From: Corallochytrium limacisporum Hawaii
Taxonomy: Eukaryota; Protista; Pluriformea
Direction of reading: 5' to 3'
Assembly: GCA_002811645.1 (NCBI GenBank)
Contig: PDIP01000024.1
Location: forward strand, 32,733-96,732
Length of the DNA stretch: 64,000 bases
This document shows, piece after piece, positions 1-10,782 of the stretch. The notes beneath the pieces are model-generated. The model saw only the letters and a list, made by a program, of their open reading frames with translations, was not told where the DNA came from and ran no database searches. Within the stretch, counting starts at the first letter, position 1. Each line of letters begins with the position of its first letter. The position numbers were made by a program, and so were the translations under genes.

Positions 1-357
1 AGCAAAGAAGAGACCATGGCAAAACTTAATGAGGCCTGGAATGTACTCAATGATGACAAATCCCGCAGGTATTACGATGCCATCCTCCATTCGCAGGAAA
101 TTCGCCGACTGTGTCCTGTTTGGGACCACATCAAACTGAATGCTATGGAGTTTGATGATGCGGATGATGTGTACTTCGTGGAGTGCCGTTGTGGTGGGGA
201 GTACATCTTGGAAGCGAATGATGTAAGAGAATCTCGGGAGAATCATGACCGGTTAAAGGCCAAGGACATCTTTGCCAACGTCCTTGCGGAGGTTATTGCG
301 GTGCAGTGCAATACGTGCTCGCTGGCAATCGATATCTCGATTCAGCCATCTTTGTGA
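1..357 (+). CDS. DPH4: Diphthamide biosynthesis protein 4 / DNAJC24 (C-terminal part; 5' end lies outside the window)
   Basis: Frame is open from base 1. End of a J-domain (LNEAWNVLND..SRRYYD) is followed by a CSL zinc finger (ECRCGGEY...QCNTCSL). Confidence 0.88.
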   Translation, partial: SKEETMAKLNEAWNVLNDDKSRRYYDAILHSQEIRRLCPVWDHIKLNAMEFDDADDVYFVECRCGGEYILEANDVRESRENHDRLKAKDIFANVLAEVIAVQCNTCSLAIDISIQPSL

Positions 358-492
358 GCACTCTGTAATCAAAAATCTACTTCACAGTTTACTGTATTTC
401 AAATTTTCCAATTTCTTTGGTTCTATTGTGATATCCTACTTCATGTTATGACCGGTGCGTCCTATGTAGGTTTGCAGTTGTGCTGTGATCAC

Positions 493-963
493 CTATTCTG
501 CAGCCTCGGTCGACATTGCGTACAGTTTTGTCCATTCTCGGGCATTAGCTAGCGCCTTTGGTTCATCATTCTTCCAAAGGTCAGCCACATCGGTTGCAAG
601 AGGGTCATCAGGGTTAGGTGCACTGAGTAAGGCTTGAATGGACAGGAGGACTGTTCTAATCTGCAGGGCAGGGCTCCATTTGTCCTTTAGGATGTCCAGG
701 CAGATCCGTCCGAGTTTATCAATATTAGGATGATAGATTTTGGTCATAAAGCGCACCTTGGGAGGAGCCATTGGGTAATCCTCGGGTAAGAAAAGTTCCA
801 GTTTGAACTTGCCACCCTCGAAAGGAGTGTCTCCAGGTCCATCCATCACGACGAGGAAGTGCCTTGCGTTGTCCTCAGCGGGTTGCGCATCGATACCCTG
901 CACTGGCTCTGCCATCAGGCGCTGTGTTTCCTTAAGGATCCGCTTTGGGAGCATATTTGACAT
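493..963 (-). CDS. UBC13: Ubiquitin-conjugating enzyme E2 N (K63-chain E2)
   Basis: [12 protein letters not shown]...[61 protein letters not shown] is essentially the UBE2N/Ubc13 consensus. No introns. Confidence 0.97.
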   Translation of the reverse strand: MSNMLPKRILKETQRLMAEPVQGIDAQPAEDNARHFLVVMDGPGDTPFEGGKFKLELFLPEDYPMAPPKVRFMTKIYHPNIDKLGRICLDILKDKWSPALQIRTVLLSIQALLSAPNPDDPLATDVADLWKNDEPKALANAREWTKLYAMSTEAAE

Positions 964-1749
964 GATTAGTAGTGTGTGTGCAGTCTATGGGAATCCCGAA
1001 TGCCCCGCTCTATACTCTTGTAGTTTATATCTCCTCTCGTGTTATGGCTTCCCCGTCCCAGTATCAAGTCTTCGGAGGTACTTATGTTCCGAATGGTTTT
1101 TTTAAATATCTGGCCAGGGTTAAGCACTGGCTTACACTTTCTCTATGCGAATTCATGTACCTTTGCGGACGTAGGTCGGCTACGTTTCTTCAAGTATATT
1201 GGTCCCGTAAGCACACGCCCCCTGCACCACAGCGAAATGAAAACAACTCGCTCCTCTTCCTCCGCTCCCCCCGTACTAAACCATACGCATCCTGCCTAGG
1301 ATCAAGAGACTGACGCTCCTTGGCGATCATCGGGAGTCTATTTTTGCCCTGCTGTCCGTTTGGGGGCTTGCGTTCGCTAAAAAGCCGTTTGCGAACTACG
1401 GTCTCCAGCTAGTCTTAACAACGGTTCCACCTGGCTTTGGGTAGGGACGGTGGAGTTCTCTCGGTTGATTTCCAGTACTTTTCCCCCCGCCTTGCAATAC
1501 CCACCGGAGGGTGGGAGGGAGTCTTACCAGCCCCGGAACACCCTCGGCGGGTCTCTTTGCTGCCAAGGTATTTGGAGATTACTTGGCAGCTGGCCTGTAC
1601 TAGCAGAGCAAGACACTATTATTAATTGTCACATTCATATTGAATGATCAACATCGCGATGATGGAGACATCATTGGATGTAAATTCCAATCTTGTTGGA
1701 TGTAGGATGGGAATGCGTGATCGTGAACAGTTCCGCCGGCCTTATCTCC

Positions 1750-3724
1750 AAGGGGAGCCAGCCCCGAACCAGTCGGAACGACGTTGTCGAAACCTTCGAT
1801 AGGAATACCAGCATCTATGAAGGCTTTGATGAACCACAGGCAGCAGATGCCATGAATGAATAGGACAGTCTGATGGATGAAAGGTCCTTTAGGGAGGCTG
1901 TACAAATGAGCTATGGATCAGTCCGGCCTAGTATGCGCACAGCTACAGCTCGCAAGCAAGAGAGACTACGTACGGGAATAAGTTCACCCAACAGTCAAGG
2001 TGATCAAGGCTTAGACCGCCCTGGAACGTCTGCAGTACGTGCAGCGGGATATAAGACGGCAAGGGACCGCCATGGTTAACTCACACGGGCAGGTCGTGGC
2101 CAGGGACCAGATCCACCCCTGATTGAGAAGCAGGATAGTGAATTTGACAAGTTAAGGAAGCTGGAACAGAAAATCATGAATTTAGTGGAAGAAAGTTTGA
2201 CGGCAGAACGTCGTGGTAAGGCTCTTGAGGCTTTGGAGATGGCTCGGGAAGCCCACAAACTAGAGAAGAGCTTAAATGCCCAGAGGAAATCCCAGGAAAT
2301 GAAAGTCATTGCCAATCTGGATCTCACATACTCTGTGATGTTCAATCTTGCAAAACAATACGAAGTTAATGCTATGTATGACGAGGCTCTGCAAAGTTAT
2401 CAAGCCATCCTAAGGAATGAGGCCTTCAGTAGTGTAGGTCGTCTGCGAATCAACATGGGAATATCTACTTTACACAACAGAACTACCACAATGCCATTCG
2501 TATGTATCGCACGGCTCTTGACCTTGTGTCAGGAGCGTACAAGTACATGCGCACCAAGATAATGCGCAATATTGGCACTTCGTTCGTGGAGTGGGGACAG
2601 TACAACGAAGCCATTGTCTCCTATGATACTATTATGAACGAGACCCCTGATTTCCGCACCGGCTTCAACCTCATCCTGCTACGCCCTCGGTGATCGTGAA
2701 CACATGAGGACTACACAGCTGCAGAAATATACGCAGACCTCGCACTGAAACATGACCGGTACAATTCACTTGCTATGGTCAACAAGGGCAATATAAAATA
2801 TGCTCAAAGGGACTTTGACGAGGCTAGGCGTTTGTACGCGCAGGCAGTCCAGAACGATCAGTCCTGTTTCGAGGGGCACTACAATCTAGGATTGGTGTAC
2901 CGTCGTCTGGCACAGTTACAGAAAGCCCGTGACTGTTTTAAGACAGCGCATAGCTTGAAACGCACAACGGTAGAACCAATTTACCAGATGGCGTGTCTCT
3001 TTGATGAAGATGGTTTGATGGATGATGCGAAGGAATGGTATGGCAAAGCACTGACCATTGTACCTACCGACGCCGGTCTGCATCAGCGTCTCGGTGACCT
3101 CTACGAGGAACTTGGAGACCTTGCCAGCGCATGTAACAGCTACTCCGAGGCCCACAAGTATAACTCTACGGATGTGCACATCATTCATTGGCTGGCTGCC
3201 TACAGGAAGAAGACTTCGCCCAGGCCATAGAGTATTTCAAACGAGCAGCAATTGCTCAGAGTCGTGAAGTGACGTGGCGTCTGATGACTGCTGCATGCAT
3301 GCGTCGCTTAGGGAATTTGCAAGGTGCCTTGGAGGAGTACAAGAGCATCGATGCGAGTTTCTCACCGAACGTGGAGAGTCTCAAATTCATTGTGAAGTTG
3401 ATGAGGGATTTGGGCCTGGACAAGCAGACTGACACCACAGCCTAGTACAAAGAATATGTGACGAAGCTGCAGCGGGCCGAAAAGTGGGCTAGGGACAACC
3501 CGAAGGTCGAGAAAGAAACCGTACTGCTGTCCTTAGGAGAGTTGAAGAAGTCGCGTCGCAATCGGCAAAAGAAAAGGCCATCAACTACGAGTATCGATGT
3601 GAACTATGCCGATCCTCTCAGTGGAGATCTTGAGGCCCCAAGTCTGGTTCAGATAACCATGAGCGGTGGCACGGCCAAAGACTTCGGCGAGACCGAGTTG
3701 GATGACAAATCGCTGCCCATGTGA
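1750..3724 (+). pseudogene. IFT88: Intraflagellar transport protein 88 pseudogene (5' boundary approximate)
   Basis: Collinear IFT88 motifs (SAVRAAGY, NLDLTYSVMFNLA, GDREHM, DRYN..A.VNKGN, TPRs, W.LM.A.C.RR.GN, Y.DPL, DFGETEL.D..LP) are split over several frames. In-frame stops at 1861 (TAG), 2077 (TAA) and 3443 (TAG); frameshifts near 2460, 2676, 2708 and 3203; a large internal deletion near 2708. Confidence 0.9.
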
Positions 3725-3821
3725 GCAATGAGTAGTTGGATTCCTTCGGACAAACGGACGTGACAATGATAGCACAGATCTATGACCATTTCTACGACTT
3801 TCTTTCTGATTAGTTTTGCAT

Positions 3822-4457
3822 TCAGACTTCAAACAACCCCGTCTGTGAATAGTTACCGTCGCCGGTCCGACCTAACCGCCGCCGATTTTCGGCCTTTCGA
3901 CCGTTCTCGATCATGGTCTTAATATGGTCATGATCTTGTTCTTTGAGCTTCGAGTTGTTTGCAAGGGCACTCATTTCCGCAAGGCTCTCTCGTGCTTTCT
4001 TTAGGTCCCTGTTTTCGAATACCTCTAGTTGCTCAAGGAACCCTTTGTTGGGCTGCACAAAGGGTCTTGCTGTACGGATAGCTTCGAGGACTGTCTGTAC
4101 GTCATGATCTGTGGCCGCTGCAAGATATGCTATGCAGATTGTTGTGCTACGACTAATTCCCGCGATACAATGGATTAGAATATTATTTGTACGGTCAGCA
4201 AGTCTTTGAGCATGGATCCATTTGCAGCACTTGTCGAAATGGTCAATGAGGGGCTCGAATTGGGTATCTGTTACTCGAATATTCAAGTATTGGATAGCAG
4301 CTTTGCTCGGGTCAATTCCTTCTCCTTCAAATCCGGCCCTCTCGTGAAGTGATACTATATGCGTGATCTTATAACGCCTGATTTGCTTTAAGTCTTCTGC
4401 ATCCTTCAGACTACCCAGGTATATGTCGGGCAAAATCTGACTAGCTCCGTTTCCCAT
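3822..4457 (-). CDS. Atypical dual-specificity protein phosphatase, DUSP15/DUSP22-like
   Basis: MGNG N-myristoylation start, ILPDIYLGS, catalytic HCIAGISRS, R..V.PN.GF..QL motif. Confidence 0.92.
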   Translation of the reverse strand: MGNGASQILPDIYLGSLKDAEDLKQIRRYKITHIVSLHERAGFEGEGIDPSKAAIQYLNIRVTDTQFEPLIDHFDKCCKWIHAQRLADRTNNILIHCIAGISRSTTICIAYLAAATDHDVQTVLEAIRTARPFVQPNKGFLEQLEVFENRDLKKARESLAEMSALANNSKLKEQDHDHIKTMIENGRKAENRRRLGRTGDGNYSQTGLFEV

Positions 4458-5380
4458 AACTATTGATCATGGAATCCATGAAACCAAGCCACAGTTGCTT
4501 CCACAGATCTTAAAATATACTGTAATCTGCGCTCCCCAAGTACAAATAGCTGCGCAATGAGCAGCCGTGTCCACGATTCCATCTACGGATGGTTTCCTGA
4601 TATGTGACGGCTCGATCCTCCTCTTCCCCCTCCCCCTCCGGGGCCGAACTCTCAGCTACCGATTCCTTTATATATAACCTGAGGATCTCTCTAGGAGAGC
4701 AGGGTGGTTTCCGATTGCTTCAGTACTCCTCAATCCCGCGAGAATCCGCTGTCTGTCACTTCCCTAATTTCGGAGTCTATTTTTGTTCCCCGTATTTTCA
4801 GCTTTCCCTTGGCGCGTGGTGGTAACTGCTCTGTTCTTTCAATTCTAACTCATTCTACCGTCGCTGGAAGCCAAGTCCATTCAGAGCCCCCCACATGCGG
4901 AGAGAAGAGCCATGGGGGTCCCTTTTTCGAAAGCAGATGCGGGGCAGGCCCATCCCCGAGACTGAACAGCTGGCTTTGTTGTAGCCAACGGCGCTTCCAA
5001 AGCTTGCAAATTGGTCACCTTCCTCGACGGTGTGCTCCCTGCCTGTAAGCCCGGAATAAGGGAAATTGCAATGGCTTTTCGGCCGGGGTGCATTGGCTTG
5101 GCTACTGCCGCCTGAGGCGCTGCTGTTGATTTACAGGTCGATGGCACTTTGCGGGTCGGAAGGGAACAACAATGGACTGTACTCCACAAAGAAGTACCTA
5201 TGGAGCAAGCGATGCTCAATTTCATAACGAGTCGTTTGTGATTGATGGTTTTTGAGAGCAGCTATAAGGTAGAGTAGGAGCTGTCAATCATTCTTACCTT
5301 TACTGTCAGGAAAGGAACTTTTATTTTTGTTTTTTTTGGAATTTTGGGCCCTGGGATAGAAAGCAGACAATTACTGAATC

Positions 5381-6694
5381 ATGTCTGCCTTCCTGGGATC
5401 TCAAATCGAGGTTATTACCGCCTCAAAAATTCGGTATGTTGGCTCACTTATAAGTTTGGATAGGGAAACGTCCACGGTCACTTTGGGCGAAGTGCGGTTC
5501 TTTGGTAGCGAAGGCCGGCGTGGCGGCGTGAACGAAATTCCGGCAATGGATGCTGTCTACACCAGCATTGAATTCAAAGGAACGGACATTGAGGAATTGC
5601 ACGTCCTGGAACAGCCCAAACAGCAGGCTCCTCCCCAGCAGCAGGTACCTCCTCAGCAGCAGCAGCAGCAACAGCCACAGCAACCGCCGCCGGCGGCCGC
5701 GGCGGTGGTACCCGTCCAGGAACGGCAGCAGCAGCAACAACAGGCAGTCCCTGCTGCTGAACCCGCACCGGTTGCTGATGCCAAGCCAAAGAACGCATGG
5801 AGTGCAGGGCGGCCCGGCGGAGCTGCTGCGCCCACGGCGAAGCCCGCTACGGTCAATGCACCGGGTGTCGTGGAGTCCGTCCCTCAGCACAAGCCAGCCG
5901 AGCCTCAGGCCGTGGGCACAGTCCAACCTTTGCCCAGCTCTGGCAGTACCAGCAGTGGTCAGCGCAGTGGAGGACGTGGTGGACGCAAGCCTCGAGAGTA
6001 CGATGACAACGACAACCAGCCGTACCGTGGCGGACGTGGTGGAGGACGTGGTGGGCGAGGCGGTCGCGGAGCCCGTGGCGGTCAGTACCAAAACGGCAGC
6101 GGGGATCATCATCACCATCGGGGACCCCACTACAAGCCTGGAACAGGAGATTTTGTGGCCCATAAAGGACGTCCTGCCAGAAGCGGAGATCTGAAATTTG
6201 ACTCTGAATTCGATTTTGAGGCATCAAACCAGGTTTTTAACAAGGAAGATATTGAGAAGGATTTGCGAGAGCAGTTGGAGGCTATGAAGGTGTCGGGAGC
6301 AGGTGCTGGAGAAGCGAATGCCGAAGCAGACGGTCCAGATATCGCTGATTCAGAGAGCAAACCAGAGCGCCCTGCGGGTGTGCACCCAGGAGCAGACCTC
6401 AGTGCTCTCCTCGATTCTGGTGACACCTACGACAAAGAGAAGTCCTTCTTTGACAATCTGTCTCGTGACTCTGGTGGCAGGAAGGATCGTGATGAGATCC
6501 GTGCAGAGCAGCGCGCAGAGCGGAGCACGAACATGGAAACTTTTGGCATTGCTGGCCTCCCCCAGAACCACTACCGCGGCCGTGGACGTGGACGTGGTCG
6601 TGGTCGGGGTCGAGGACGTGGACGTGGTGGTCAGAACAGAAACTATGACTCCAGTGAAGGCACAACGACCGTCAGCAGTAGTGTCCAGCAATAA
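5381..6694 (+). CDS. LSM14: LSM14/Scd6/RAP55 P-body mRNA repressor
   Basis: N-terminal Lsm domain (FLGSQI...RYVG...VRFFGSEGR), Q/P-rich linker, FDF (EFDFEASN), FFD (SFFDNLS), TFG (NMETFG) boxes and RGG tracts. Confidence 0.96.
   Translation: MSAFLGSQIEVITASKIRYVGSLISLDRETSTVTLGEVRFFGSEGRRGGVNEIPAMDAVYTSIEFKGTDIEELHVLEQPKQQAPPQQQVPPQQQQQQQPQQPPPAAAAVVPVQERQQQQQQAVPAAEPAPVADAKPKNAWSAGRPGGAAAPTAKPATVNAPGVVESVPQHKPAEPQAVGTVQPLPSSGSTSSGQRSGGRGGRKPREYDDNDNQPYRGGRGGGRGGRGGRGARGGQYQNGSGDHHHHRGPHYKPGTGDFVAHKGRPARSGDLKFDSEFDFEASNQVFNKEDIEKDLREQLEAMKVSGAGAGEANAEADGPDIADSESKPERPAGVHPGADLSALLDSGDTYDKEKSFFDNLSRDSGGRKDRDEIRAEQRAERSTNMETFGIAGLPQNHYRGRGRGRGRGRGRGRGRGGQNRNYDSSEGTTTVSSSVQQ
5621..5743 (+). repeat. 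CAG-rich coding repeat (polyQ/P) within LSM14
   Basis: Visible cag/caa runs encoding QQQQQQQ tracts. Confidence 0.8.
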
Positions 6695-9081
6695 GGACCA
6701 GGGCTGTGTTTGAAGATTCAATTACACCGGATTAATTACACGATATGGTATTGAGCTACCATCCAACCTAAACAATTAGATGCAACGGAAGATCCGAAAT
6801 GTCAAGAGAAGTAAGCCGTTTCTTCGATAGGCAGTTAACTCTCAGGAGGATGTGGCCAGTTGGTACACACTAATGAACGTTAGAACAGAATGTTCTAAAA
6901 CTGTTGTTACTCCATGTGTCTGGTAAGTTCGTTGAATTCTTGTAAAATATGATTGTCTTGGCGGTATAGTAATCTAATACACATTCGTCAATCTCCTTAT
7001 CAGAATGAACTTAGTTGGTCCTCTATCCCACAAATTGTATTCAATAGCAGCGATAGTAGAAAAGTGTATTCAATTTTGTGCTTACCGTGTAGTTCTCATA
7101 TTTGGCAATTAAGAGGGATAATTGCTTCTTCATATGCAGCCTCCGGACATTGTTACGAAATAGTTGATTTGGACCACTCGTCGATATGGAGTTTGAGAGG
7201 GTGAGTTTAGAATTCACGTTTACCTTACCCATTTTTTGAATTGATGCGGAAAAATTCACCTTCAGGCACCCACTAGACACCTATGGATCTCAGCATTGCA
7301 ATATTAGTGCATTCGTGCTATTATCGACGTCTCTGCTTTCTTCCACTCGACAAATGCACTGCCATCACCGTAGGCTAGGAGCATTAGGTCTCTCCTTGCA
7401 CTGTTTTCGTATTTTAAATCTGTGTGTTTGACCACACACTAATCTTCAGTGTACATAGCTTGGAAAGATTCTGTTGCGGAACGACTCTCCTCTCTCTGTT
7501 CCAGTGTCGCAGTGTCGGAGGCGCGTTTGTGGGAACTCAATCTGAATATATACTACCCCTCCTAGCTGACCAGCTCACCTGGGCAGAAACCATCGCATAC
7601 TGGCCACACCACCGATAAGGTAAGGCAATTTTTATGATGTATGTGTCGGCCCACCCCCTCCCCCCCCTCCCCCAAATGGTTCCGGTGTAAAGGAGGGCGA
7701 ATGGTGCCCCTATCATAACATAACCTTGGACTCTGACATCAGTGTATCCACACGAGTGCGGTCAACTTTAACTCTCACCCGACGACGACGCGGGAGGAAA
7801 GGGAACAAAGTATCTATCTGATGTGGTGGTGCTGTCCGGACTCGAAGTAATGGGACTAGCAGCTGGTCTTGCCATTTCCAATTCCCAAACAGTCATTTGC
7901 ATAAAATTAACATTCAGAATAACCAACCAGATATTTTCCCATGTTCAAGACAGGGCTTACTTGAATGGGGGGGGGGGAACACATGCGAACCTCACCACTG
8001 CATGTCACTTTTTGTTAATCCCTACGTTATTTTATTTCGCCGCCGGCATGGTCGTGACACTTCCGAATATGAAATATGGTAGCCCCATGTATTCTTATAG
8101 GGGGTAACCACTACAACCGGCTGTGCCCACTGGCGATTGTTTTGTGACCTAACTACTAACCGATATGGTACCCAAGGCAAATTCTGCCAAATGTGATTGG
8201 CGAAATGATTTCAAGTTTGACAAAAACTGCGGGGAATCCTGATATAGGGCTGACCGGGGAGAGCCACCACGCTTAGGAATGAGAATTGGTGTGGTGCGAT
8301 GCTTCAACACGCAGTGCCTAAGTAGGTACAGAAATGTTATTAGAAAGGGTGTACTCCAAACAGCCATTGAGGAAAGTGGGCCGCTGCCGGTTCAAATTGA
8401 ACCAGTGGCTGCGGTTGGGAGTGGCCGAAAAGAAACTGTGGCGAAGGAGAAAGGATGGAGTCTGCGCAGGGGGATTGCTGTGCCACGAACAAAAATTTAT
8501 GATTGCAACTGCATGCCGGTCCGGTCCGGAACCGGCAGTGATGCTCTCTGTACTCTGTGACAATGCCAGCACGAGCGATAAGTTTTGCCTCGCTTGCAAA
8601 TCGAACGCCGCGTCGATTCGGGCCGCTCCAGGGAAGCCTCATTTTGAATTATACCAACCAAGATTTGATATGCGGTGAGGAGGAGGCGGTCCTTGTTGAT
8701 TGTGCTGATATCTCTGAGCCTAAACGGGGGCATCTTGGTGGGGCGGCGGGGTCTGGGGACGCTGGGCTGCGCTGTAGGACGTGCCGCTGCTGGGCAGGAA
8801 CCGACCACGAGAAGGCGGTCCCCAGCCTGCCCAGTTCACGAAGTCTGCTGGTACCGCCCGGCTTTCATCTAAATAATTTGTTATTTTTAACTCCGAGAAA
8901 TCCGAAGCATTATCCAAGGAACCTTCTTGGTCGCCCAAGTATTTGCGGCTGGATATTACGCAAAATAAAATTGCTCTACAACCTTTCCCTGTTCAATTTT
9001 ATTAGTTTCCAGTTTCCAAGATCGTAAATCGTGAACAATATGTGAATACTCTGCTGAAGTACAGAAGCAAAAATTTCTGTT

Positions 9082-10413
9082 ATGCTTACCGGAGAGAGTC
9101 CGGGTCGGTCGAATGCCGCCCATCCAGACCAAGAATGGCGGAGAAATGTGGTCATTGATTTCTCGAATGCTGTTGACTGGCTGAAATCTTCTAGCCCATT
9201 TATTCTTCTTCTCTTTCTTCAGACTGTCAAATTAAGCTATGTTGTGGCGGCAGTAACAGGGATCATGCTGTGGGTGTTTACATATCAATGCACGCAACTA
9301 CTACAAGACGCCGTAGCCCGCCGACAGCACCACAAACTGGCTCTCTTAGCCATACTATGCGCCCTAGGCACTACTCTGTTCAAGCACATTTGCGGGATAC
9401 AGTACTTCACAAAGACGGATTCATGGCAGTCCTTGGTATCGGGAATTACTCTGGTCGGGACACACAAACCAATGACTGTGTGGGATACTCTTATGGTTAT
9501 TTTCTTGTGCGACGCATTTGCAGCGGCCCTCGCACTGACACTAAAGCTGAGCCTGACGTACATGGCAATGTGTTACGGGCTCCGGTATCAGGCCAACAGC
9601 AGCGCACCCGTGGGCGAGGAAGGGATGTCAAATGACAATGAAGAAGGTCCCAGGGATACAAGTCGCACCCCGAGCATCCTCACCCCAGGTTGGCATGTTG
9701 AAGGCTGGTTAAATTTATGTGAGAATTCCATTATCTTCTACCGCATGCTGCTACCGACGGGATTCTGGATTCAATATTTTATGCGTGAGATCCGTATGGT
9801 CGACTTTGAAGAGGCCAGAGCTGCTGTGACCATCGGGCTCGCCAGCGAGGAAGACAGTCACGAGCCCGGCATGCAGAAAGTAAACACGGACATCGTAATG
9901 TACCACATCCACATCTTCTGGCTGTTTGCCCTGCTCATTATGTACGTTCTGCTCAAGGCGGGTTTTGCGTTTGGTCAAGGGTGCAAAGTTTTCAATTCTT
10001 TAGATCAATTAACACAACTCCGTAAGCGGACGATTTGGTTGCACGGCGCTGCACACTGGCACAATTGGCTGGCGGGTTCAGCAGGCGAGGGCTTAAGTCA
10101 CAGCCCAGAGCGGACCAAAGAAAGCTCGGGACACGCAATTCAATCCAGCATGATGACCATGGGAATATCTACAAATTCCAAATCAACAGACATGTATGAC
10201 TACCATAAGGAACCAAGAGCATGTCCGGTATGTTTCGATCCTTTGGACGCGGTGAAGGTGCGGTTGCGGTGCGGCCACATGTTCTGTGATCCTTGTCTAA
10301 CGCAGTGGCTCAAGATCGAGAGCACATGCCCTGTGTGTCGAGCAGATGTACCCATGATCAATGGGCAATGCTGGGGTGGAGGAGAGATGTACATGTCAGT
10401 TGTTCTTTTCTAA
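9082..10413 (+). CDS. RING finger and transmembrane domain protein (RNFT1/RNFT2-like E3 ligase)
   Basis: Several hydrophobic helices, YRMLLP..FW..YF motif, C-terminal C3HC4 RING CPVC...CGHMFCDPC...W...TCPVCR. Confidence 0.85.
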   Translation: MLTGESPGRSNAAHPDQEWRRNVVIDFSNAVDWLKSSSPFILLLFLQTVKLSYVVAAVTGIMLWVFTYQCTQLLQDAVARRQHHKLALLAILCALGTTLFKHICGIQYFTKTDSWQSLVSGITLVGTHKPMTVWDTLMVIFLCDAFAAALALTLKLSLTYMAMCYGLRYQANSSAPVGEEGMSNDNEEGPRDTSRTPSILTPGWHVEGWLNLCENSIIFYRMLLPTGFWIQYFMREIRMVDFEEARAAVTIGLASEEDSHEPGMQKVNTDIVMYHIHIFWLFALLIMYVLLKAGFAFGQGCKVFNSLDQLTQLRKRTIWLHGAAHWHNWLAGSAGEGLSHSPERTKESSGHAIQSSMMTMGISTNSKSTDMYDYHKEPRACPVCFDPLDAVKVRLRCGHMFCDPCLTQWLKIESTCPVCRADVPMINGQCWGGGEMYMSVVLF

Positions 10414-10506
10414 ATGGAGCAAGAGTTCGGTTCTCTTGAGTAAAAATTAGTATTTCATCTCACTACAAAATCCTTGTAACATATCATATCCGTTCGTTAG
10501 AACTGT

Positions 10507-10782
10507 TTATTGTCTCGAGCTATCTGCACACACATTGAGCGAGGCACGTAGGTTGTTTAGAGCTTCGTGCAATTTCGCAATTCGATCCGCAAACTGCGCA
10601 AAAGAGTCTTGGTCGTTAAGAACGGCCTTTAATTTTGCGGTGATTTTGTCCATACATTCTCCTGCTTCAATGTAAAGCGTACTTTGGTGCACAGTAAGAA
10701 CTTGTTTCAAATCGTCAATGTCCTCTATGCCAGCCAGTGACACTCCCAGGTCACTAATATCTACATGTGATTCGGTATCCAT
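10507..10782 (-). CDS. Small coiled-coil protein, possibly a BLOC-1/BORC subunit (Snapin/Pallidin-like)
   Basis: ATG-initiated 91-aa amphipathic helical ORF, convergent with RNFT at the ~100-bp spacing typical of this window. Family assignment is tentative. Confidence 0.5.
   Translation of the reverse strand: MDTESHVDISDLGVSLAGIEDIDDLKQVLTVHQSTLYIEAGECMDKITAKLKAVLNDQDSFAQFADRIAKLHEALNNLRASLNVCADSSRQ

Noticed and set aside
1750-3724. Stop-codon reassignment, programmed frameshifting or tiny introns as an explanation for the broken IFT88
   Set aside because: TAA, TAG and TGA all terminate intact neighbouring genes. The lesions are of mixed type, include missing conserved sequence, and lack GT-AG boundaries.
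5444-6721. Multiple overlapping ORFs across LSM14
   Set aside because: By-products of GC-rich low-complexity coding repeats.
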